Origin: Trichoplax adhaerens
Taxonomy: Eukaryota > Animalia > Placozoa
Reading direction: 5' to 3'
Assembly (NCBI RefSeq): GCF_000150275.1
Contig: NW_002061080.1
Coordinates: 1 to 12,698, forward strand
DNA: 12,698 bases
The position numbers and the translations under genes are program-made. Below, piece after piece: positions 1 to 7,400 of the stretch (within the stretch, counting starts at the first letter, position 1; each line of letters begins with the position of its first letter). Below the pieces are notes generated by a model. That model ran no database searches and was not told where the DNA came from. It worked only from the letters and a program-made list of their open reading frames with translations.

Positions 1-691
1 ATCTACAAGATAAGCGATGGCTAAGATATCTTTCTTATATCAGAAGAATATTTGAAAACGTAACCTTTCAAAATGATATAGCCATAACGAATTGCTTTTA
101 GCAGACGAAATTCATACTTTGTAGAACGACTGTAGTCAAATAGATAAATATTTCTATACAGTTTAATCTACGAAAAGAAATAATAAAAGTATAGAAATAA
201 GACTAAATGAATGACAAATACCCTTTAAAATGATGGCGATTGTGTCTTAATTAATTACTCTCAGGAATCGCTTTATAAAAGACGCTTAGTACTTCTCAAA
301 CATATTCGAGGAAGAACAGTAAGTTAAAAACCTAAATCATAATTCTGTTACTCGTTAATAACTCTTGTAATAGACTAAAGCAATGGGTGAAATAATAACG
401 ATTGAAAATTATACTCTATGTTCATATCAGTGGTTCATAAATCTGCTGTACAACGTTAGAATTTGTATCTTCGTAAGTTAAAAAGACGAAATATAATTCC
501 AATAATAATTAAAGTAAACCAATGTGAATAAGCAATAATAGCAATAATTAAGAATGATTTAGAATTCCATTAAATATATTACAGTTTTCTTCTAGCAAAA
601 CTGAATTTATTTCCCCAAAATTGAAAAATAAAATCTAACGTGTTCATACGTAACGTATCTTTGAGAAACGAAATAGAAATAATGAGGCTAA

Positions 692-980
692 TTTAAGGTG
701 ATATTAAGGAGCTCAATTCATTACAATTTGATTAGATTTTGTTTTAAATAGATCAACAATACAAATTCTAATTCAAATGCTGAAAGATATATTTTAAGAT
801 GGTATAAAAGAGCTCAATCCATTACAATACAAATAGATTTTGTTTTAAATAGATCAAAAACACAAATTGCAATTCAAATGATAAAGGATGTACTTTAAGA
901 TAGTATAGACTAACTCAATCTATTACGATATGATTCGATTTTGTTTTAAATAGATCAAAAAGGTAAATTGCAATTCAAAT
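692..980. repeat. Intronic tandem repeat, ~101-bp unit, ~2.9 diverged copies
   Basis: gagctcaa/taactcaa recurs at 709, 810 and 911. The core gattttgttttaaatagatcaa is identical in all three copies. Confidence 0.9.
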
Positions 981-1005
981 TAGGAAAGAATTGTCTTTCA
1001 GATAC

Positions 1006-1227
1006 CTTTTGGATGACTCCCCGACATCCATCCAACAGACAGCGTTAAACATTTTCTGCCGCTGGTAACACAACTGCTCTGTATCCTTTGACTTAGACTC
1101 CCTCCAGAAATTCGATACCAGTCATTATTTAGCCCTTTATCGCATCGAAAGGTAAGTGCATTGGCAGCAGTTGTTGACAGAACAGAACGATCGATATCCG
1201 ATAAAGTCTGGTAACTTTGACAAGGTT
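1006..1227 (-). CDS. Gene 2 internal exon: N-terminal half of a UMOD/GP2/OIT3-like D8C (D10C) domain
   Basis: 222-bp phase 1-1 exon with tatag| acceptor and G|gtatc donor. Translates PCQSYQTLSDIDRSVLSTTAANALTFRCDKGLNNDWYRISGGSLSQRIQSSCVTSGRKCLTLSVGWMSGSHPK, with the D8C motifs PC..Y..L...R, CD, WYR, C.T...GW..G.HP. Confidence 0.9.
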
Positions 1228-1404
1228 CTATAGAGTAAAAACGATCAATTAAACAGCAGCTACTGATATTTTTTGTTATAGGCGTTACTTACAAAACCAA
1301 AATTATTAGAGTTTGATGTATATCACATTATAATTCATAAAGTTAGCATATAATGAGTGGATATGAACCTAAAATAATAAATATGCTTAAAGATATAGAA
1401 GTAC

Positions 1405-1467
1405 CTGATGCTNNNNNNNNNNNNNNNNNNNNNNNNNNNNNNNNNNNNNNNNNNNNNNNNNNGAACT
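1405..1467 (-). CDS. Putative gene 2 exon mostly hidden in an assembly gap
   Basis: caatgtag|AG TTC enters the N-gap and A GCA TCA G|gtact leaves it. Phase 1-1 compatible; joined to the next exon it gives ...ASEPCQSY. Confidence 0.3.
1413..1462. other. Assembly gap (N)
   Basis: Run of N. Confidence 1.
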
Positions 1468-1821
1468 CTACATTGAAGAGTCTTCATGACAGAGTAAAAT
1501 ATGACATATATCAATTTTTATTAATCCTGTATAAATTAAAGCTGATATTTGAAAGCGTCGTTTAGTGAATATAAAATAAGATCGACTATAATATTAATTA
1601 TTTGCAATGCTATCAAATTCGCAAACAAGTTTCATACATTAAATCATAAGAAAAAAATAACCTCTATATCATATTTAGCACATTCAGTATTTATTGGCGA
1701 ATATTTAATTTTAGTATTATACTTGTCCTTACTATTAGAAATCGAAATTTGATTACAATCAGCATTTTGAGATGCGATATTTCCAGTTACATCTGTTACC
1801 AAATTAGGCTGTAATACTTAC

Positions 1822-1854
1822 TAATATTAACACAATGAGCTCTCGATAACAAAA
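1822..1854 (-). CDS. Putative gene 2 micro-exon (end of signal peptide)
   Basis: 33-bp phase 1-1 exon: ttttgaatag|TT TTG TTA TCG AGA GCT CAT TGT GTT AAT ATT A|gtaagt = xLLSRAHCVNI. Consensus donor; A-H-C fits the -3/-1 signal peptidase rule. Confidence 0.45.
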
Positions 1855-2180
1855 CTATTCAAAAATTTTTAAAGCAAAATGAAAGAATATCTACGGTCGA
1901 TCGCGTAAAGAATCGGTAGTTCAGAACAGTTTAAAGCATATATATATATAACATAGCAATAGGTACGAAAGGAATCGGCAGCTCAAAGGTCGTTGCGCGA
2001 ATATTACAAACATGGTTCTTTACTTTCGAATAATTTTATTGTTTATTTAAATAAGACATCATAGATAGTAAGTATAATAATAGATTGCTCACAAAAGGGC
2101 CAGTATGGTCTATCAACGCCTCTGATTATACTCGTATAAACTATACGTCATGGATATGCAAGCTATATTTTTTATTTTTA

Positions 2181-2210
2181 TTAGTGAGAATTCCCCGTTC
2201 ATATGAACGG
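2181..2210 (-). mobile_element. Helitron-like 3' terminus (16-bp palindrome, 10-nt spacer, CTAA|T)
   Basis: Perfect palindrome ccgttcatatgaacgg at 2195-2210. On the minus strand it is followed by ggaattctca, then CTAA and T, matching the hairpin + CTRR|T pattern. Confidence 0.35.
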
Positions 2211-2303
2211 AGAGAAAAAGACAGTAAATGAACTGTAGTAAGACAATTAATACCTGTAGATATTAGCTGTACCAAGACAGTTAATATCTGATATCAACAA
2301 ATA

Positions 2304-2530
2304 ATACCTAATATACGTCGCTATAACTGTTGTTATTACTATCGTGGACTGAAGTCGGGTAGATGCAACTTAATATAGTATGTATTTCAAGATATACTTG
2401 TATATCANATACTTGGATACCTAATATAAATCGCAATAACTATTGTTATTACTATCGTGAACTAATGTTGTGTAGATGTAACTTAATATAGTAGGTACTG
2501 TATTTTAAGATATACTGTACTTGTATATCA
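2304..2530. repeat. Tandem repeat, ~113-bp unit, at least 2 copies running into an N-gap
   Basis: atacctaatata...tgttattactatcgtg...gtagatg.aacttaatatagta...aagatatact...tgtatatca begins at 2304 and again at 2417. Confidence 0.88.
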
Positions 2531-2802
2531 NNNNNNNNNNNNNNNNNNNNNNNNNNNNNNNNNNNNNNNNNNNNNNNNNNNNNNNNNNNNNNNNNNNNNN
2601 NNNNNNNNNNNNNNNNNNNNNNNNNNNNNNNNNNNNNNNNNNNNNNNNNNNNNNNNNNNNNNNNNNNNNNNNNNNNNNNNNNNNNNNNNNNNNNNNNNNN
2701 NNNNNNNNNNNNNNNNNNNNNNNNNNNNNNNNNNNNNNNNNNNNNNNNNNNNNNNNNNNNNNNNNNNNNNNNNNNNNNNNNNNNNNNNNNNNNNNNNNNN
2801 NN
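2531..2802. other. Assembly gap (N)
   Basis: Run of N directly after a tandem repeat. Confidence 1.
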
Positions 2803-3365
2803 GGAGAGAAAAAAATTTAAGATTGAAATATCATCAAAGCAGGATTTATAGCGATACCAATATGAGTAATGATACTCGAATCGACCATTACGTTCATAGT
2901 AATAAAAAAACTACGTCATCACCTCGAACGTTATAACAGTTACTATAGATATTCTAAGCGTAAATTGCAATTTTGATATTTCAATCTTTCTTTAATTAAA
3001 GGTTAAAAATTAATAAAGATAAATACAGTAGTAATATTATATAATGCTAATTCATATAAAAATTTTTTAGTTAAAATTAAAGGCTTTATTTGCTTAAATT
3101 AATTACCCGAAAATTGCTATTTCATTTTCTTAACCTCACTGATCAAGTTTCCTAAATTTTGCGATTCTGCGCATTGACCCAAAGGGAAAACGTAATCTCA
3201 TGCTTCTGCGCGTTGCCGACAAACACGGCCACGCATACGTAGTAAGGTGTTGATTGTGCGCAGTAATTACGAATCGTATTGCGCAAGCGTATTCACACAC
3301 AAAGCTTTTATTATATTATGTGTTTTGATTTGCTATAGGATTAATACCGAACAAATTTCACTTAC

Positions 3366-3396
3366 TAGGAATGCTTGTGCAAGAGAGGAGAATCAT
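3366..3396 (-). CDS. Candidate first coding exon of gene 2 (start of signal peptide)
   Basis: aaATG ATT CTC CTC TCT TGC ACA AGC ATT CCT A|gtaagtg = MILLSCTSIP with a consensus phase-1 donor. In frame with 1822-1854, giving MILLSCTSIPILLSRAHC-VNIK. Confidence 0.3.
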
Positions 3397-4357
3397 TTAT
3401 TATTTATAAGTAACGTGGTTTTCTACAGTAATATCTATTTAACAGTATCTATTCAACCCGATATTTACTATGATTTTATTATTTGCTACAATTACATATC
3501 AATAACAGATAAGCATTCAATTCGCAATTAAGAACGTTAATATAAGTTGCCTTATGTTTAAGATGGTTACGTATGTAATTATTTAATACGCCTTCACCAT
3601 TTATTACATCACCTCATTCTAAGATTACAGTACTGTAGCGAGTTGGAAAAAACACTGAATTATTAGCCAGTAGATTTAGAGAATAGAACTGAGAAATAGA
3701 TCCCTGTGCTGTACTATTTCCTTATTTTTAGACTAGCTTACATGAGCATACAATTTTCATAAACTGTAATAAATTAGACTTATATCTCTATTCAGTTTGA
3801 CTGGCTTTATTGTGAGTTGTAGCAGTACAACAAAATAAGATATATTCGACCTTATTACAGGTACACGGCAATTATAATTTAGCAAGAAAATACTGACATA
3901 ACGTACAGCAGCACTTTGGCTGTCGTCGAAATACATCAGTACTGCTTTCTTTGAAATTATGCGAGAAATCTCTAGTCTTAAATATAATTATTCCTTGCTC
4001 AAGAGCATTGATACTTAGAGCGCTTTGCTTTATGGCCATAGGCAGTTTTCTAATGATTATCGTTAAAGAATATTTTAGTTTATAAAATCAAATCAAACAG
4101 TAGCATATATTGCGATGGTGTAATTAAGCTGTTTGTATTAAGAGCCACAACAAAGTATACTATCAGATATTGTAATTAATTAAGCAGGCTATTTTACTAA
4201 TTTAAAGTCAAATAGACTATTTATATCTAATGTGATTTATATGGTCAATACCATAATTCTATTTGAAAATAACCTTAAAATAATTGAGGAACAAAATTTA
4301 ATTAATTACTTCAATGTTTAGCCCAACTCCGAAATGCTATGATTATGTTTATATTGT

Positions 4358-4476
4358 CTACGCTCTCTTTTCACATTTTGCCCCATAGAATCTAGGTGCA
4401 CAGTGACATGTGTAATATAATCCTCTTAGGGGTACACATTTCCCACCGTTCTTGCATGGCCTTGTTTGGCAAACTC
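4358..4476 (-). CDS. Gene 1 terminal exon: EGF repeat R9 + stop
   Basis: ttaattag| [39 protein letters not shown]. There is no donor at the position where the other repeats splice. Confidence 0.9.
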
Positions 4477-7400
4477 CTAATTAAACATATAGAGAGAAAA
4501 TGGATTAGTCATTAAAGTCAATGTTAGAAAGTGTTACTGAAATGAACTTTATTTTTTAATACTGTCGCTGAAAGAAAGTGAGCAAAAGTAAGGCTTCTTC
4601 AAGTCTCGTGGCCTATCGTTTAAACTGATATTCGCTATAAAACTGAATACAACTATCAAGGGGATTTAACACTTTACTATATCCCAAACGACATATTATA
4701 AAGTCTTGATTGTAACTAAAATGATGCGAATGATTTAAAAATTGGGCTACAACTATGATGGAGCTAGACCTCATTATCTAGCCATTGAATTATTAGAATC
4801 TACAAAGATTTTCATTAACGTAAAAACTGAATATCATTTACTTAGATGAATTTTACATGTCAAAGATCGAAGCCATATTATTTGATAATTGAATAGCATT
4901 GATTGAAAACGTATCTAATCTAATGTAGTTTTAATTAATTCGTGTAATTTTTTAATAAATTCTACTATATTACATCATCAAATAAAAAATTTATGAATAA
5001 ACTAACTATGTTGACAAAATTTTCCATAGAATCCATCCCGACAGCTACATCTGTAATAACTTCCATGCATAGGTTTGCATACTCCATTATTCTTGCAAGG
5101 ATTTGTTCGGCAAACCCCTTCATTAAATTACGCACGTGAAATGATGTAATCAGCAAAATTAAAGAGCAAATAGAAGCACTAGTATAACATTCATTAATTA
5201 ATTGACGAAAAAATTAATAATGAATACTTTCTCACTTCTAAAGTATTTCATAACTGCATATATTGACTACGGTACTCTACGATAAAACTGTTATTGGATT
5301 GGGATAAGTCAAAGGTGGATATATTTTGCTTTACTTTTCTTCCGGACTCTTATATTATTTGTCACTTTTGCAATAGCAGGAATAGTCAAATTAATTATGG
5401 GACGATGATAAATGAAGAGTATCTGAAATTATATCTAATACTGTTTGCTTCTGGCTAGAATTTTATGAAATAATTATGCGGCAGTACAACTAGATGCGAG
5501 TATACTATTGGAAGAGTAACGGTAGCGCTTTACTTTCTTTTACTTTATTTATTCAAAATTTTATAGTAAATATAAACAACTGCCAATGTTCCCTTCCAAT
5601 TTGCTAGAAAATATAGAAACGGCTTTCCTTTTGGATAATTTCCGATTGAATCATCTGATTAATTAATTATTTGCATGAATAAGAACTAACTATATTCGCA
5701 ATGGACTCCATAAAATCCATCCCGGCAGTGACATCTAAAATAAGCTCCATGTGTGGGCTGGCATCTTCCGTTATTTTGGCATTTGTTAGGTTGGCAAACT
5801 CCTGCATTAAAATTGTAAATGTCAGGCAATATGGTCGACAATGATAGATTGCAATACTTTTTACGAGCTTCATTTATTAATTATGTGCAATTGCACGGTT
5901 AATACTAAATATTTCTATGTAATTGATTACTATTTACAATAATTCACGATTGTTAAACTGAATTATTCGTGACGTGTCTTCAATGATATTTGCGTATGAA
6001 CTAACTATTCTCACAGTGGGTTCCCCAGAATCCATCCCGACAGTGACATTTATAATAAGCTCCATGTGTTGGCTGACACCTTCCGTTATTCTGGCAATTA
6101 TTTGTTTGGCAAACTCCTTCATTAAAATTGTAATGTTAGGCATTATGTTCGACAATGATAGATTGCAACACTTCTTACAAACTTAATTTATTAATATGTG
6201 CAACTTTATGGTTGGCACTAAATACCGTGCATCTATGTAATCGATTACTAAATACTGCGATTAACGATTTTTCAACTATTTTAGACGTATCTAAGACGAT
6301 ATTTGCGTATGAACTAACTATTCTCACAGTGGTTCCCCCAGAATCCATCCCGGCAGTGACATTTGTAATAAGTTCCATACAAAGGTACACAATTTCCGTT
6401 ATTCTGGCAATCATTTGGTTCACAAACAGCTTTGTTAAAGTATGTATAAGAAATGTTATTGTTAGTAAATTTAGGAAGTAATACCAGTATGAGCTTGATT
6501 AATATATTGGTATGTGATTTAACAATTAAAATCAGCTCTTCTACAATATTTGATCATAGTTTATAGCTATTACATTGTAATATAAGCTAAATTTTTGGAG
6601 ATCATATCGTCTATTACGATATTCATATATGTGAACTAACATTTTTCGCAATGGTTTCCATAGAATCCATCCTGGCAGCGGCATCTATAATAATTTCCAC
6701 GTGTGGGTTGGCATATTCCGTTATTTTGGCAATGATTTACTTGGCAAACTCCTTCATTTAATAAGATATATATAGATAAATATTATAGTGCATGAGAAGA
6801 CACCAGAGGCGGTATGATCTTAATTTCATTTATTAATAAACAATTTGACGTTGATATTTCATATTTAAAATAGTCGATAACTTTATTAACAACTATAGTT
6901 TGATTAGTTATCTAACACTATATTCATCAAATCAACCTACTATTTTCACAATGGCTTCCATAAAATCCAGACTTGCAACGGCATCTATAATAATTTCCAA
7001 GCGTGGGTTCGCATGTCCCGTTATTCTGACAATGATGTACTTGACAAACTCCTTTATTAATAAAATATGTACACATGAAATTTTTTAGCCCATAAGAGAA
7101 GAGATTAATACCTGTATACAGTAAGCTTGACTAATATTTACTGACAAAGAATTTAATATTAATATTGATATTTCATAATTAAAATAGTTGATAACCATTC
7201 ATAATAATCATAGTTTGATGAATTTAAGTTACTTGAGATCAAATCATTTAATACGATATTTGTTTAATGAACTAACTAAATTCGCAATGGCTTCCATAGA
7301 ATCCAGACTTGCAGCGACACCTATAATAATTCCCACGAGTAGGTTCACAGGTTCCATTACTCTGGCAATGATTTACTTGGCAAACTCCTTTATTAATAAA

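Noticed and set aside
1353-3531. ORFs 1353..1565, 1549..1752, 2521..2820 and 3247..3531 (also 9774..10286 and 9913..10341)
   Set aside because: They are short AT-rich chance ORFs or artefacts of reading through N-gaps.
4297-4302. ATTAAA (minus strand) about 56 nt after the gene 1 stop as a poly(A) signal
   Set aside because: Plausible, but such hexamers are too frequent in AT-rich DNA to support without 3'-end data.
4477-5690. Two introns giving roughly double unit spacing (~640-685 bp), suggesting lost exons
   Set aside because: No degenerate EGF exon or actaac/cttcatta remnants are recognisable at the expected positions.
4965-6423. Repeated minus-strand ORFs in the track (4965..5156, 5667..5873, 5934..6155, 6175..6423) with MELI...VTAGMDS motifs
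   Set aside because: They are out-of-frame shadows of the duplicated EGF exons. The Cys-patterned frame bounded by splice sites explains their similarity.
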